Made by a program: the position numbers and the translations under genes | Virus record (IMG/VR): IMGVR_UViG_3300039448_000011 | Coordinates: 1 to 51,441 of that record | Origin: a virus | Lineage: Duplodnaviria > Caudoviricetes | Direction: 5' to 3' (one strand) | DNA: 51,441 bases | Notes under the pieces: model-generated | The model's input: the letters and a program-made list of their open reading frames with translations, nothing else | Told to the model about the DNA's origin: nothing | Databases searched by the model: none | Part shown: piece after piece, positions 17,588 to 27,843 of the stretch | How the letters are laid out: each line of letters begins with the position of its first letter | Position numbering within the stretch: the first letter of the stretch is position 1

Positions 17588-19176
17588 ACCAGCTCTCTTA
17601 GGCTGCTCGCCAGCGTCACGACATTAACCCTTCCGGCAGAAGACACCTTAAATACAATTCGGTCAGGCTTCCCGGGCGGCAACCTAAACCCCTTGTCGCT
17701 CACTACTGAAAATTCAGCATCAAAGATACTTGAGCCGCGCGTATTGCCTGTGATTGAAAATACTGAATCCTCATCAGAATCAACTCTTGCTGCAGTAAGG
17801 TTCGCATTGGCAGGCATTACAAATTCCCTAGACTGCCATTCCATTGTCTTTAGCTCGCCTTCGTCAAACGCAAGCACTGATCGAGTATTGTCAGTGTGTT
17901 TTACTAGCAGGTACAGCCTATTCTCTGGCGCATCAAAGTGCCCGCTTATGACCTGATCACTACTTACCGCAGTAAGCTCAAAAGGCCAATAACCAGTCTC
18001 AAGGTCAAAGATGAATGAGCCAGTCGAAGAAAAGCACAGGTAGGCATTGTGATAGCGATAAGCTCTGAATGAAGATGGATCAAGCGCTTGCCATTGCTCT
18101 GAAGTAAAAATTTGCCTTGTGACAACTTCAGCACCAGCGCTGCTTATCATCATCAGGCCTTCATAGCTTGGATATAATGCAAACTCCCCCATATCAACAA
18201 TGCCAAATCGACTTAGGTTCGACGCTTCAAAATCCAGCGGAATTACAGACATTGATGACGGGTGCGTACCTCTAAATATGTACGCCTTTGAATCTGTCGT
18301 GATCAATATTGCACCAGAAAAGGTTGATATCCCCACCACCTCATCGGGTATCGAATATTGATAGTCGATAGGCCAAGCATGAGGGTAAAATGGTTCGCAA
18401 AAGCAAACCGTATTCCCAAAATAACCAACCAATATCCCGTTGCCAGCATTGCCTAGCCCGCTTAACCCGTCAGGTGGCGGATTAAATTCTTCAGAGACGC
18501 ACTCGTAGGTAAGGTCTGCAGAATCCCGAGTGTCAGAATAACTTGGTGTCGCCGCAGTAAGCTCAGTCACAAACTGAAATATGCCATCGCCGTCGCTTCG
18601 ATAAATTCTGCGCTTAACCGCCCTCGCATCATTGGCTGAGTTAAGCGTTATCGGAACGCTGGCGGCGTCCCAGCGATTTATAACAATTGATACGTCCGAC
18701 GGCTCGGACTCCTCGCCCATCGCAGTTATGTTGGTGACATAATAAACGCTACGATAAATCGGAATACTCGGATCACCAGGCGTAGCCGAATTCCAAGAGT
18801 ATGATATTGCCGGCTTAGATGGTGGATCAATGCCCAGCTCAATGGTCTGAAGCGATCCACCACTCTCATAATGAACGAGAGGAGCACCGCCATCCCCTGC
18901 AGAATAGACGCGATTATAAGCGTCATTCGCAATTGGGCCGCGAACAATATCAGCGCTGTCCGTTCGCTCTATTGTTTTTGTGTTATCGAATGGAAATAGG
19001 GCCCAAGAATTTATGGTGTTTCCTGCGCTGTAAATTGTTGATACTGGCTCACGCAGTGGCCAGATAACCCCAGACCGTGGATAGGCATTTAGTGTGGCTG
19101 TTGCATAGTTATCTGGTAATAAGTGAGGCGGGACCGCAGGCATCATTCCTGCAAATTTGGAAATCGTTAATTTCAT
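17584..19176 (-). CDS. Podovirus tail nozzle / stabilisation protein
   Basis: 530 aa; FxGMxP N-terminus, CFCEPFYPHAWP motif, beta-rich; synteny. Confidence 0.7.
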   Translation of the reverse strand: MKLTISKFAGMMPAVPPHLLPDNYATATLNAYPRSGVIWPLREPVSTIYSAGNTINSWALFPFDNTKTIERTDSADIVRGPIANDAYNRVYSAGDGGAPLVHYESGGSLQTIELGIDPPSKPAISYSWNSATPGDPSIPIYRSVYYVTNITAMGEESEPSDVSIVINRWDAASVPITLNSANDARAVKRRIYRSDGDGIFQFVTELTAATPSYSDTRDSADLTYECVSEEFNPPPDGLSGLGNAGNGILVGYFGNTVCFCEPFYPHAWPIDYQYSIPDEVVGISTFSGAILITTDSKAYIFRGTHPSSMSVIPLDFEASNLSRFGIVDMGEFALYPSYEGLMMISSAGAEVVTRQIFTSEQWQALDPSSFRAYRYHNAYLCFSSTGSFIFDLETGYWPFELTAVSSDQVISGHFDAPENRLYLLVKHTDNTRSVLAFDEGELKTMEWQSREFVMPANANLTAARVDSDEDSVFSITGNTRGSSIFDAEFSVVSDKGFRLPPGKPDRIVFKVSSAGRVNVVTLASSLRELV

Positions 19177-19802
19177 TCTTGATCCCTGTAATCAACTTGA
19201 TAGCCGTAGCGGTGGTTTATGCCCGCCTGAATAATGACAGGATTTGTCAGCCCTGAAGCGTAAGGTCCGTGCACAGTATTAAACGATTCAGAAAAAACCC
19301 TTAGCAGCAACTCTCCACCCTTGAAATACCAAAGAAACACATCGGTATTTTCTGGATCGTCTTTATTTTCTACTGTCAGGTAAATATCTTGAATGTCGGA
19401 ATCGAGTTCAAGCAGTGCGGGCAAGCCGCTTACTGGATCTCGCCACCAAATTCCCATTGTTCCAGTCACCCGAAGATAACCAAGAATCACATGGCCAGAT
19501 GGTGAGAACTCTAGACTGATTTTATTGAGCGGGTCTGTCAGTGTGAGCAACGGCCTCGGCACTCCATCCCACAAGCCGTTATAGATTTTCTTTTGCGCAT
19601 ACGCCTCACCATTAGCATGCACATATGCAACCCAAGGTGTCTGGTAGTTGCCTCGACTTAAACTAGGCTCTCCGGTGCCAGAAACAAAATCCCAAGGGCC
19701 ATAGGCAAGCGATTTATGAGCGTGATCAATATCAAGCACGGGAAGCATTCTAATAGGGCGAGTAAGCTCTCCGCGAGAAGAGGAATCAAGCGCCGGAATC
19801 AT
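19173..19802 (-). CDS. Tail-associated protein
   Basis: 209-aa beta-rich ORF in the tail cluster. Confidence 0.6.
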   Translation of the reverse strand: MIPALDSSSRGELTRPIRMLPVLDIDHAHKSLAYGPWDFVSGTGEPSLSRGNYQTPWVAYVHANGEAYAQKKIYNGLWDGVPRPLLTLTDPLNKISLEFSPSGHVILGYLRVTGTMGIWWRDPVSGLPALLELDSDIQDIYLTVENKDDPENTDVFLWYFKGGELLLRVFSESFNTVHGPYASGLTNPVIIQAGINHRYGYQVDYRDQE

Positions 19803-20724
19803 AGCGACCCCAGGTAAACGTTATATCAAAACTCAGAGAGATGTACTGGGGCAGTGTTAATTCCGAATCAAGCTTGATCCACGGCGCCGTTTTCAACCAT
19901 CCTGGAGAATTAGGTGCTCCAGTTGGCTTCGGGAGTATCTCATCAAAGGTAAAATCCCCATCAGAATTTGAGTCAACCGACAGCGTGGCTACGCACTGCC
20001 TATTAATTAGATCTACGCTGTAAGTAATGCTTCCGGATGTGTAATTTGAACTATCTGACGACCTCCTTAGTTGGACATTTGCAGAGCCATAGCCGGGAAA
20101 CTCAAAAGGAGCGTCGTAAAGGTGCGCATGTACCCCGGATATTCTATTCCCGCCATTAATATAAGCCCCGGCCATGACTTGGTAATTGGAAGTGCCAAAA
20201 GAGGCACTAAAAACACCGGAATCTATTACGGGAGAGGATATTATGCTGTACAGGCTATATGTAACCCTTACTGTCTGCTCTGGTGTAACTGTTATTGTAA
20301 TTGGATCGCCACTCTCATCTTTAATTAATGACCTAGTTAGCAATGCTCCGTTTGATGCACCGCTCCTCAACCCAACCTCTGAAATGTCGCCAGAAATTCC
20401 CGTAAACTCAACCTCTTTAGATTGTTTGAATAGTTCCGGGTACGTCCCGATATCGCCAGCTATATCAAAAGCAGAAAATCCGGTTATCGCCTTCGAGGCA
20501 ATCTGATTACCTAGATTAGTGTCTGCGTATGTGGGGGTGGTCACAACTCCAGCCCCCAGACAAAAATAAAGCTTGAAGCTACCTGATGTATAGAATGGCC
20601 TACCTAGCGACAAGGCCGCATCTGTTATTAAATTATTGAATTCTCCCGAATCAAAGACAACGCCTTCATCGCCCACAACTTCGACTCGGTAAGAGCCCTT
20701 AATGAGACCGTTATTATTACTCAC
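19786..20724 (-). CDS. Tail fibre/assembly-type protein, paralogue A
   Basis: FDSGEFNNLITDAAL...FTGISGDISEVG...LLTRSLIKD shared with 21292-22137. Confidence 0.65.
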   Translation of the reverse strand: MSNNNGLIKGSYRVEVVGDEGVVFDSGEFNNLITDAALSLGRPFYTSGSFKLYFCLGAGVVTTPTYADTNLGNQIASKAITGFSAFDIAGDIGTYPELFKQSKEVEFTGISGDISEVGLRSGASNGALLTRSLIKDESGDPITITVTPEQTVRVTYSLYSIISSPVIDSGVFSASFGTSNYQVMAGAYINGGNRISGVHAHLYDAPFEFPGYGSANVQLRRSSDSSNYTSGSITYSVDLINRQCVATLSVDSNSDGDFTFDEILPKPTGAPNSPGWLKTAPWIKLDSELTLPQYISLSFDITFTWGRYDSGA

Positions 20725-20734
20725 AATTAAATCC

Positions 20735-21289
20735 TTAAGACGTTGCTATGTTCGTTATCGGAGCTGATGTAATAACCGCTGTTTCACCGTCAGACTCTGA
20801 ATTGGAATCAAAATAATTAGGGAAGAAGGTCTGCTCAGTTTCTATGTTCGTTATCGGAGCTGATGTAATAACCGCTGTTTCACCGTCAGACTCTGAATTG
20901 GAATCAAAATAATTAGGGAGGAAGGTCTGCTCAGTTTCTATGTTCGTTATCGGAGCTGATAAAGTATCCGCTAACCACTCATCACCAATCGGACTGGGAT
21001 CGTTATTGTCCGTATCCGAACCAATATTTCCCCACATATCAAACCTGATTAAGGTAGCGGTCATGCCCACGCTTAAATTATTGGCAGAGGCGACTCCTTG
21101 AGAGTCTTCATCATGAGTACTGCCTAGGCCATCCCATCGGGTTTTTTTTGATTGAAGCTCAGATTCAACTGACAGATAAAATCGGTTATCGCGCCCGAGA
21201 ACCCATGGATAGGTATTCCAATCGCCCGAGACGGTCTCATATGGATTATGCTGATAAAGCGCACCCATGTTTGCAAATCCTGCAAGCAT
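20735..21289 (-). CDS. Tail-associated acidic protein with 32-aa C-terminal repeats
   Basis: 184 aa; SAPITNIETEQTF repeat. Confidence 0.65.
   Translation of the reverse strand: MLAGFANMGALYQHNPYETVSGDWNTYPWVLGRDNRFYLSVESELQSKKTRWDGLGSTHDEDSQGVASANNLSVGMTATLIRFDMWGNIGSDTDNNDPSPIGDEWLADTLSAPITNIETEQTFLPNYFDSNSESDGETAVITSAPITNIETEQTFFPNYFDSNSESDGETAVITSAPITNIATS
20746..20960. repeat. 96-bp tandem repeat, about 2.2 copies
   Basis: Units start at 20746, 20842 and 20938; one mismatch seen between the full copies. Confidence 0.95.
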
Positions 21290-21291
21290 TG

Positions 21292-22137
21292 CTATTCCCT
21301 TGTGAATTCAAGGGTAAGGGTCAGGTCGTTATCTTCTGGCAAGGTAATGCTTTCAGCTAGTGAAACGACCGGGTAGCTTTCTGGATTATTCGCAGCCTCA
21401 AATCCTAGAATCTCACGATTTTCACCGACCGCTGGCCAGTTGATAATGACTTGCGTTTTTTGTGTTTCGCTATCAAAGGTCGCGCTAAATGAATTGCTAA
21501 GAACACTGCCACTTGGGTGAAGGTTTAGGCGCACCGCATTGGCTGCACTACTCCCAAATGGCGCATCGTAACGCCCAACAAAAATACCAGCCGGTGAAGA
21601 TATTTCATCAGATGGCTTAACCGTATAATCAACCGTATCACCGTAAGCGGTACTCAGAACGCCGCTATCAAGAATGTCCGGTATTTGGGTATAAACATAA
21701 TAAATAACATCTAATGTTTGGTGTGACTGAATCGGTATCTTTGTAAGGTTACCATTGCCATCACGAACAAGCGTTCGCGAAAGCAAATCACCAGCGCCAT
21801 TTTTAAACCCAACCTCTGAAATGTCGCCAGAAATTCCGGTAAAACTGCCAGACACAGATCTTTTTCCGTATCTCACGTTATCATCGAGAAAGATAGAGCC
21901 TTCGATTTCAAAGGTTGCGGCCGTCTGGCTAATTTGATTTTCAAGGGAAGTGTCAGACACGCTTGCCGCGGTGACCCCATCACCCACGATCAAGAAACCA
22001 CCACTAAATGGATCGGCCTCATCTAGCGCAGCGTTCATAATTAAATTACAGAACTCACCAGAATCAAAAGCAATATGATTGCCGTCGCGAACTCTTAATT
22101 GATAACTGGCTCGTGTGTTGCCAAGTGGTTTCTTCAT
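21292..22137 (-). CDS. Tail fibre/assembly-type protein, paralogue B
   Basis: FDSGEFCNLIMNAAL...FTGISGDISEVG...LLSRTLVRD. Confidence 0.65.
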   Translation of the reverse strand: MKKPLGNTRASYQLRVRDGNHIAFDSGEFCNLIMNAALDEADPFSGGFLIVGDGVTAASVSDTSLENQISQTAATFEIEGSIFLDDNVRYGKRSVSGSFTGISGDISEVGFKNGAGDLLSRTLVRDGNGNLTKIPIQSHQTLDVIYYVYTQIPDILDSGVLSTAYGDTVDYTVKPSDEISSPAGIFVGRYDAPFGSSAANAVRLNLHPSGSVLSNSFSATFDSETQKTQVIINWPAVGENREILGFEAANNPESYPVVSLAESITLPEDNDLTLTLEFTRE

Positions 22138-22574
22138 AGCGGCTCAACATCCCCGTTCATATCCCACATAGCCTCTGCCTCATCGCTTTTGGCTCTGATA
22201 GCGACCAATGAAACCAGCGCACCAACCCCGACTCGAAGTTGAGACGTTCCTGGCGAATTAATAATACCCTCGTCGAGCGCCTGAACCTGAACAGCACCCT
22301 GCCCGTTATTTCTAATCTGAAAGCTCGTTCCCGGAATCGGATCACTCACCAAAAAGAACGTCATGGTGTTCAGGTCGTCATTCACCACAAAGTAAGTGAA
22401 CGCATCATCTTCGGTGCCTACAGTCCTCTGTATGGCTCCCGCCTCAACCTCAACGACACCCACGCCTGTGAGTGCAATTAGCGCCCAGTGTCGCGCACGT
22501 CCAGCCCAGTATGTCGCCTGATCAACTAGGTCTTTGCATCTTTGGATATAAGTCGGCAAATCAAATCCGAGCAT
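22134..22574 (-). CDS. Tail-associated protein
   Basis: 146 aa; beta-rich C-terminus ending WDMNGDV as in fibre-tip modules; GGGAG RBS. Confidence 0.55.
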   Translation of the reverse strand: MLGFDLPTYIQRCKDLVDQATYWAGRARHWALIALTGVGVVEVEAGAIQRTVGTEDDAFTYFVVNDDLNTMTFFLVSDPIPGTSFQIRNNGQGAVQVQALDEGIINSPGTSQLRVGVGALVSLVAIRAKSDEAEAMWDMNGDVEPL

Positions 22575-22577
22575 GAT

Positions 22578-23138
22578 TTAAACTCCCATCACTTCGGTGT
22601 GCTTTTCTGTTACGTCCGCCTGAAGCGCTTCAAGGTATTCAAGTGTTTCGGGGTCAAGCTGATTAAATTTAACCTTGACGCCAATATCAAAAGTTGGGTC
22701 AAGATCAACGCTTACATTCACCGTGATATTTTGTGGTTCTTCTGCCAGTGCTTGCACATAAGTATCTGATTCGGTAGAGCTTTTTAGTCCAGACTTATAA
22801 ACACTTTGGCGGTAATCGTCAGCATCAAGACAGGCGCACTCACCAGAAACGATATGAACGAAAGTACCACTGCCTGAATCAACCAAAAATCTAATAATTT
22901 GAGAGCCGGAAAGGTCAGTGGTTATGGCATCTAAAATAATAACGGACATTTGGCCCAGTGCAGCCATTGCCACGTCAGGTGTGCTTTCTTCGGTGAAATG
23001 AGGCGCCTGATGGCCTTCAGATAATTCAACCTTAAGCGTCCATGCCGTAGTATCGATAACTGCACTCGTCTCGGCATTTATAAATGTCAGACGAAACGCC
23101 TTACCTTCACCGCGCAAAATTGGAGTAAATTGAATCAT
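22578..23138 (-). CDS. Tail-associated protein (fibre adaptor-like N-terminus)
   Basis: RGEG..FRLTF....IDTTAW pattern; synteny. Confidence 0.55.
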   Translation of the reverse strand: MIQFTPILRGEGKAFRLTFINAETSAVIDTTAWTLKVELSEGHQAPHFTEESTPDVAMAALGQMSVIILDAITTDLSGSQIIRFLVDSGSGTFVHIVSGECACLDADDYRQSVYKSGLKSSTESDTYVQALAEEPQNITVNVSVDLDPTFDIGVKVKFNQLDPETLEYLEALQADVTEKHTEVMGV

Positions 23139-23803
23139 GATTTATTCGCCGGATTGGAAGGCGAGACGCGAACATCATTCTGCATCTTCAGCCCTAATGC
23201 GTTGTATGCGCTTTTCAGGTGGGTTTGCGCAAGCGCCATATTGTAAGATTCCTCGGAATCCTTATCGAAGCACAGGAATAAAATGTATTCCTTTAACGCT
23301 TGGGTGTAGCGCTCATTAACATGAATAGTCACCACGTTCTCGTCATAATCCTTCTTGGTATGGCGCGAATTTGGAAGCATTGCCGACACTAGCTCAATTA
23401 GCGAGCCCTCTTGTGCTGGCGGATAAACATAGAACCATTTCGGGTCTCTTTCATCATAAACAAAATGCTGCTGCTCTTTGCTTGCGTTGTGTGAGTGCCA
23501 ATCAGGAATGAGACGGTCAATACGCTCACGACCAATTAAATTAATCGCTCGCATACTGCCTTCAAGATTTCTGGTGACATCAATAAGTCGCACAGAAAAA
23601 TCCGGTAGTTGCTGCCTAGTACCCGCAACGCATTCGAACGGTGAATTATCCGTAAAGGCTTCAGGCGCAACACCTATTAGCCAGTCGTAGGATTGGTTTA
23701 GATAATCAACCAATTCCGCTACCGTCCAGCGAATACCATCCGTGGTCGTTTCCTGCAGTGTCGTTCTAACCGATTTTAAAAACGTAGAAACAAGCAATGA
23801 CAT
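23135..23803 (-). CDS. Head-tail adaptor-type virion protein
   Basis: RWTVAELVDYLN...GTRQQLP...FYVYPP motifs. Confidence 0.7.
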   Translation of the reverse strand: MSLLVSTFLKSVRTTLQETTTDGIRWTVAELVDYLNQSYDWLIGVAPEAFTDNSPFECVAGTRQQLPDFSVRLIDVTRNLEGSMRAINLIGRERIDRLIPDWHSHNASKEQQHFVYDERDPKWFYVYPPAQEGSLIELVSAMLPNSRHTKKDYDENVVTIHVNERYTQALKEYILFLCFDKDSEESYNMALAQTHLKSAYNALGLKMQNDVRVSPSNPANKS

Positions 23804-23805
23804 AG

Positions 23806-24402
23806 TTAAACCTCAAAAGGACCGCGAGTGACGCCAGCCCTTCCTAAGCGAGTGACGGAAAATTCATTTCTGACATCCGCCGCAGCGCCAAGCATTTCAG
23901 TTTCAAATTCCCTTTTGTAATAGCTACCAAGATTTGGGTTTGACCAATCCTGCTCTGGAATCATCATCATTCGAGCCTTAATGCCCTTTTCAAGACAGTA
24001 GCCCCAGCGATCCAGAATGTCGGTTGGTGCATCGCCATTCCCATGGCGCGGCATTAAAATAACGATCAACTCAGCTTCAGTGTAAGACGTTAATGATTCA
24101 TCAATCTCAATTCTTCCGAGTGCAGTGGATGACCACTCTCCCGGTAATATTGGACGGCCATCAATAACGATTTCAGCAACACCTATTACCATCGTCTCCC
24201 TGTGTGGCGACACAAGGCTGTAAGTCGTTACACCATCTTTCAGTGTAATCGTCAGCTCCTCACGGAATGCCAGTGTGTTTTCACAAAACTCAGAAAAAGT
24301 AGAGGCTGCAGCATTTAAAACAGTCGGCTCAAGTACGCCGGGTAACTCAGCCATTGCGGCTCTGGCAATGGCAGATAAGTCACTGAAGCTATGGTGAATC
24401 AT
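23806..24402 (-). CDS. Virion structural / adaptor protein
   Basis: EFCENT...P...WSNP motifs; synteny. Confidence 0.6.
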   Translation of the reverse strand: MIHHSFSDLSAIARAAMAELPGVLEPTVLNAAASTFSEFCENTLAFREELTITLKDGVTTYSLVSPHRETMVIGVAEIVIDGRPILPGEWSSTALGRIEIDESLTSYTEAELIVILMPRHGNGDAPTDILDRWGYCLEKGIKARMMMIPEQDWSNPNLGSYYKREFETEMLGAAADVRNEFSVTRLGRAGVTRGPFEV

Positions 24403-24412
24403 TAATTAGCGC

Positions 24413-24940
24413 CTATTCAGACAGCTGTGCGTAAGCAGCGTTAAGCTCTTTAGAGCCAAACTCTGGTAGATCTTCACCGAACGTCGCACGTACCGCGTCA
24501 ATCTTAGGCTTGCCGCCGTCGGTATAATGATCCGGGTTGTTAGAATCAAGACTCAGGATTGCAGACACTAACTTGCCAAGAATCTCCGAATCTTCGCTGC
24601 CCTCGTCGTCATCGTCCATCTGTGCAGATGCATCGATTGCCGCCTGTGCACGAGCAAGCTCCGCCTGCGCATGAGCGAATTTCGCTTCTGCGTCTTCTTT
24701 TGCTTGAGCTTTTAGCTTCGCTTTAATTTCAGCTAATTGCTCTGCCTTAACGAACACTTTCTTGAATCGCAATAAACGGCCAGCCGCGCGCGGATCGACC
24801 GATTGAACATCACCAAAACCATCCCAAACGACGCCGGTACCAGAAATGGTATCGCGCTTAGTTTCTTTGTTGCCGATATATGCAATCGCAACAGGCTTGG
24901 TGAATTCATCAAATTTAGCTTCAGCCATGACGGCCTCCAT
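24413..24940 (-). CDS. Hypothetical protein (start may be 24928)
   Basis: 175 aa; C-terminal YTDGGKPKIDAV motif; follows capsid genes. Confidence 0.7.
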   Translation of the reverse strand: MEAVMAEAKFDEFTKPVAIAYIGNKETKRDTISGTGVVWDGFGDVQSVDPRAAGRLLRFKKVFVKAEQLAEIKAKLKAQAKEDAEAKFAHAQAELARAQAAIDASAQMDDDDEGSEDSEILGKLVSAILSLDSNNPDHYTDGGKPKIDAVRATFGEDLPEFGSKELNAAYAQLSE

Positions 24941-24942
24941 AC

Positions 24943-24967
24943 AAAAAACCCGGCGCTTGGCCGGGTT
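24943..24967 (-). terminator. Intrinsic terminator after capsid and decoration genes
   Basis: Minus strand AACCCGGC-CAAGC-GCCGGGTTTTTT. Confidence 0.8.
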
Positions 24968-24986
24968 GGGTTTAGTTGAAAGTTAC

Positions 24987-25397
24987 TTACAGGATCCCGT
25001 CGTACTTATACTCAGGCACAACAACAACGCTACCAGTACCTGCAGCATCAGTGATTGTTACCGTTAGATAAGCGCGACCAGGCAGCGAGTAAGGCTTCGC
25101 GTCATACGTTAAAGTACCTACAGCCGATGAATCAGCAACCGTCCCGAAGAAATCATCATCATCAGTCGCTTCACCGTCAGGGAATTCAAGACCAACCGTT
25201 AAGCCAGTACCTGCACCCATTGCATCACGATATGCTTTCAGACCAAGAATCGTCGAGCCTTCTGGAAGTTCCAAACAACGAACAACCGTATCAGCTGCGT
25301 CGCCATCAAAAATAGCAGTGCCTGAAGCTTTGCTGACATTGCCATACGAGCCATTAAAGACACGATTTTTAAGCGTGGCAGAATTTTTAGTAGCCAT
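24987..25397 (-). CDS. Capsid-associated (decoration-like) protein
   Basis: 136 aa, small-residue and beta-rich, directly after the capsid gene. Confidence 0.6.
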   Translation of the reverse strand: MATKNSATLKNRVFNGSYGNVSKASGTAIFDGDAADTVVRCLELPEGSTILGLKAYRDAMGAGTGLTVGLEFPDGEATDDDDFFGTVADSSAVGTLTYDAKPYSLPGRAYLTVTITDAAGTGSVVVVPEYKYDGIL

Positions 25398-25456
25398 TTT
25401 TTACCCTATGGGCGACCCCTGTCGCCCAGTTTGAGAGGAAGGTTTAACCAGTTAGA

Positions 25457-26695
25457 TTAAGCCGCTGATACCGCAGTATCGACAACCATCACACCCTGAT
25501 CATTTACGCGACCATTCTTGTCAGCGAAACGAATCTTCGCCTTGCCATCCATCCAGCGACAAGAGATTTCATGCGCGTTGCCATGGTCTGATTTCTCTTC
25601 GTGAATACCGACATAACCCATGTCGTCACCACTCTGAGAACCTGCATTACCGAACGCCCAACCAAGCGCCTGAGCACCCAGCAAGACACCGCGATGAATG
25701 TTTTCACCAACAGTAACTTGTGTCTCAGTAGCCGCATTGTTGTTCTGAGCAACATTAACTTCAGTGCCCGCCGCAAACTCAACCCAATTGCTATTCATCT
25801 TCTTAATCAGGATTCCTTCCCAGAAGTAGCAGTCACCGCTAAAGATCGGATTATTACTGATCGATGCAGTTCTCTTTGATGCCGCTGAGTACATTTCATT
25901 CCACTGCTTCGCGCTGGTCGTGGCCTTAAAGTCACGGAACTGGCGAGGAGTCAGATATAGAACGTACATCGGACTCTCGTCAGACATGATGTCGCCCTTA
26001 AGGCGAATAGGCTGCATGACCATGCTTTCCTGCTCGTCGATCTTCAGGCGCATATTCTCAACAGTGTCGAGAGTAAACACGTCCGCAGAATCGATGTTGC
26101 TTAGCGACGTTGCATCACCGCCGTAGAAGTGGCGGTCATACGTTGGCGCCTTGATCGGGTTAACCAGAATCTCATTGAATTCTGGATGATCAACACCCGG
26201 CACAATCAAGTGAGTTGCATTACGAGTACCACGAGCACCGGCAAGGTGGTACATGGTTGTCTCATCACAAAGACGGCTGTAGTAACCACCATTGCCTGCA
26301 AGCTCATTACGAGCAATAGCTTTAAGCTCATGCTCTGTACGCTGTTGGGCCATTTTGCCGCCCGGTTCAACCAAGTGTCGGCCCTGCAAGATTTTTAGAG
26401 CCATGGTAGATGCAGTCAAAGACTCACCACGACCTGCAATCTTTTTATCACCCATGGTTGGCAATTTATTGAGAATGTGGAACACGTCCATTTCAACTTC
26501 ATCACCAGCCACTTTTGCAAGGTTAGTAACACGAACAATCGGAGCGCCTTTGCCACTCTGACCACGAGTGCCACCATCTGCTTTTTTGTGACTCATATCA
26601 GCCGTATCAACCAATAAATTGGTAAAGGTTGGCTGGCGAGTCATGTCCGCAAATAGCGCACCATTTTGTACAACTTTAGGTTTTAATCCTGCCAT
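25457..26695 (-). CDS. Major capsid protein, N4-gp56/DUF4043 type
   Basis: PIVRVTNLAKVAGDEV, GGKMAQQRT, HLAGARG, LLGAQAL, DHGN motifs. Confidence 0.9.
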   Translation of the reverse strand: MAGLKPKVVQNGALFADMTRQPTFTNLLVDTADMSHKKADGGTRGQSGKGAPIVRVTNLAKVAGDEVEMDVFHILNKLPTMGDKKIAGRGESLTASTMALKILQGRHLVEPGGKMAQQRTEHELKAIARNELAGNGGYYSRLCDETTMYHLAGARGTRNATHLIVPGVDHPEFNEILVNPIKAPTYDRHFYGGDATSLSNIDSADVFTLDTVENMRLKIDEQESMVMQPIRLKGDIMSDESPMYVLYLTPRQFRDFKATTSAKQWNEMYSAASKRTASISNNPIFSGDCYFWEGILIKKMNSNWVEFAAGTEVNVAQNNNAATETQVTVGENIHRGVLLGAQALGWAFGNAGSQSGDDMGYVGIHEEKSDHGNAHEISCRWMDGKAKIRFADKNGRVNDQGVMVVDTAVSAA

Positions 26696-26724
26696 GATAG
26701 TTCTCTCTATTTAGCAGAAACCCA

Positions 26725-27708
26725 TCAGTACCAGCTCAGCACCTCATCAATCTGAGCCTGAGTCATGTTTGCCATTTCATCCTGAATTTGACCTTCAGAC
26801 ATGCCCTCAAGCCGCTCCTTTAACGACTTTTCAGCCGTAGGAGTTTGACCGATATCAGAGAGTGATTCGGGTACTGATGGATTTACTTTATCAATGATTT
26901 CCTTGGCGCGGTCTTTCGCGGATTTTTCCGGAGTTGCCGGGTCGCCAAAGGCTTGTTTTGTGAGTCTTTCCGCTTCGGCAAAGCGTTCTTCAAAGGTTTT
27001 TCCAGCCCATGCCGGGGAGTCTTTAAGGCGTTCGTCAATTGACTTGGCCATGTCCCAGCGGTCGGGGTCGGAGGTTTGCCATTTGGCGAGGTCTGGGTTA
27101 GCAGAAAGTGCGGCATTAACAGCTGATTGAACCTCAGGGCTTGGCCCTTGGGCTTTCTCAGCAACCTGCTCTGCTTGATTGACGTTCTTTATTTGCTGCT
27201 GCTGCAGCCGGAACATCGTTCGCGCATTTTTTGCTTCAATAGAATTGACGCCGTAGTCTTCCTCTACGTCGCGCAAATCTTTCTCGGTAATTGCATCAGG
27301 GTCGGAGAATGCATCTTCTACATTTACTCCGTTGCGCTCCATGCGCGTTTTTGCGTTATCGATTGCAGATTGATTTGCTTCAATCTTGCTATTTGCTTCC
27401 TGCAAGTCAGCCCTAAGCTGAGCCGCTTCTTTACGCGCAGCTTCTAGCACCGCGTAGGGAATGTCGTGCTCGCCATCCTTACTTTTAATTACCGGGGTTT
27501 TTTCGTGGCTGGACGTATCGCCATTGTCATCACCGCTAGGTTCATCTTTCGCTGCTGGTTCTGCTTCAACTTCAGCATCGTCAGTTGCTTCAGATTCATC
27601 CTTTTCGGCTCCAACTTCGTCCTCTTCCGAATAACCAGAGGCTGCCAGCGCTGCTTCAATTGCTGCCGGGTCACCACTTAAAATCGCATCATTCAATTCT
27701 TCGCTCAT
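26725..27708 (-). CDS. Scaffolding protein
   Basis: Acidic coiled coil with KDGEHDIPYAVL motif, between portal and capsid. Confidence 0.8.
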   Translation of the reverse strand: MSEELNDAILSGDPAAIEAALAASGYSEEDEVGAEKDESEATDDAEVEAEPAAKDEPSGDDNGDTSSHEKTPVIKSKDGEHDIPYAVLEAARKEAAQLRADLQEANSKIEANQSAIDNAKTRMERNGVNVEDAFSDPDAITEKDLRDVEEDYGVNSIEAKNARTMFRLQQQQIKNVNQAEQVAEKAQGPSPEVQSAVNAALSANPDLAKWQTSDPDRWDMAKSIDERLKDSPAWAGKTFEERFAEAERLTKQAFGDPATPEKSAKDRAKEIIDKVNPSVPESLSDIGQTPTAEKSLKERLEGMSEGQIQDEMANMTQAQIDEVLSWY

Positions 27709-27803
27709 TTCTCACCTGTCTGCTGTATCGCTAAGCTGCGTAGTTTTCGTTTGCCTTTCGGCGTTTTGCCGTCACGACCTCGGCTTTCGTGAATTCGGGA
27801 CAC

Positions 27804-27827
27804 AAAAAAACCCGCACTTGGCGGGTT
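27804..27827 (-). terminator. Intrinsic terminator after portal
   Basis: Minus strand CCCGC-CAAGT-GCGGG-TTTTTTT. Confidence 0.7.
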
Positions 27828-27843
27828 CGTTGTTGAATTCTTT

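Noticed and set aside
19786-22137. Diversity-generating retroelement suggested by repeats in tail genes
   Set aside because: No reverse transcriptase in the window; the repeats are exact or tandem rather than an adenine-variable TR/VR pair
22134-23138. Stop-codon read-through fusing two in-frame tail ORFs (TAA ATC ATG)
   Set aside because: The downstream ORF has its own GGGAG RBS at normal spacing; ordinary translational coupling explains it
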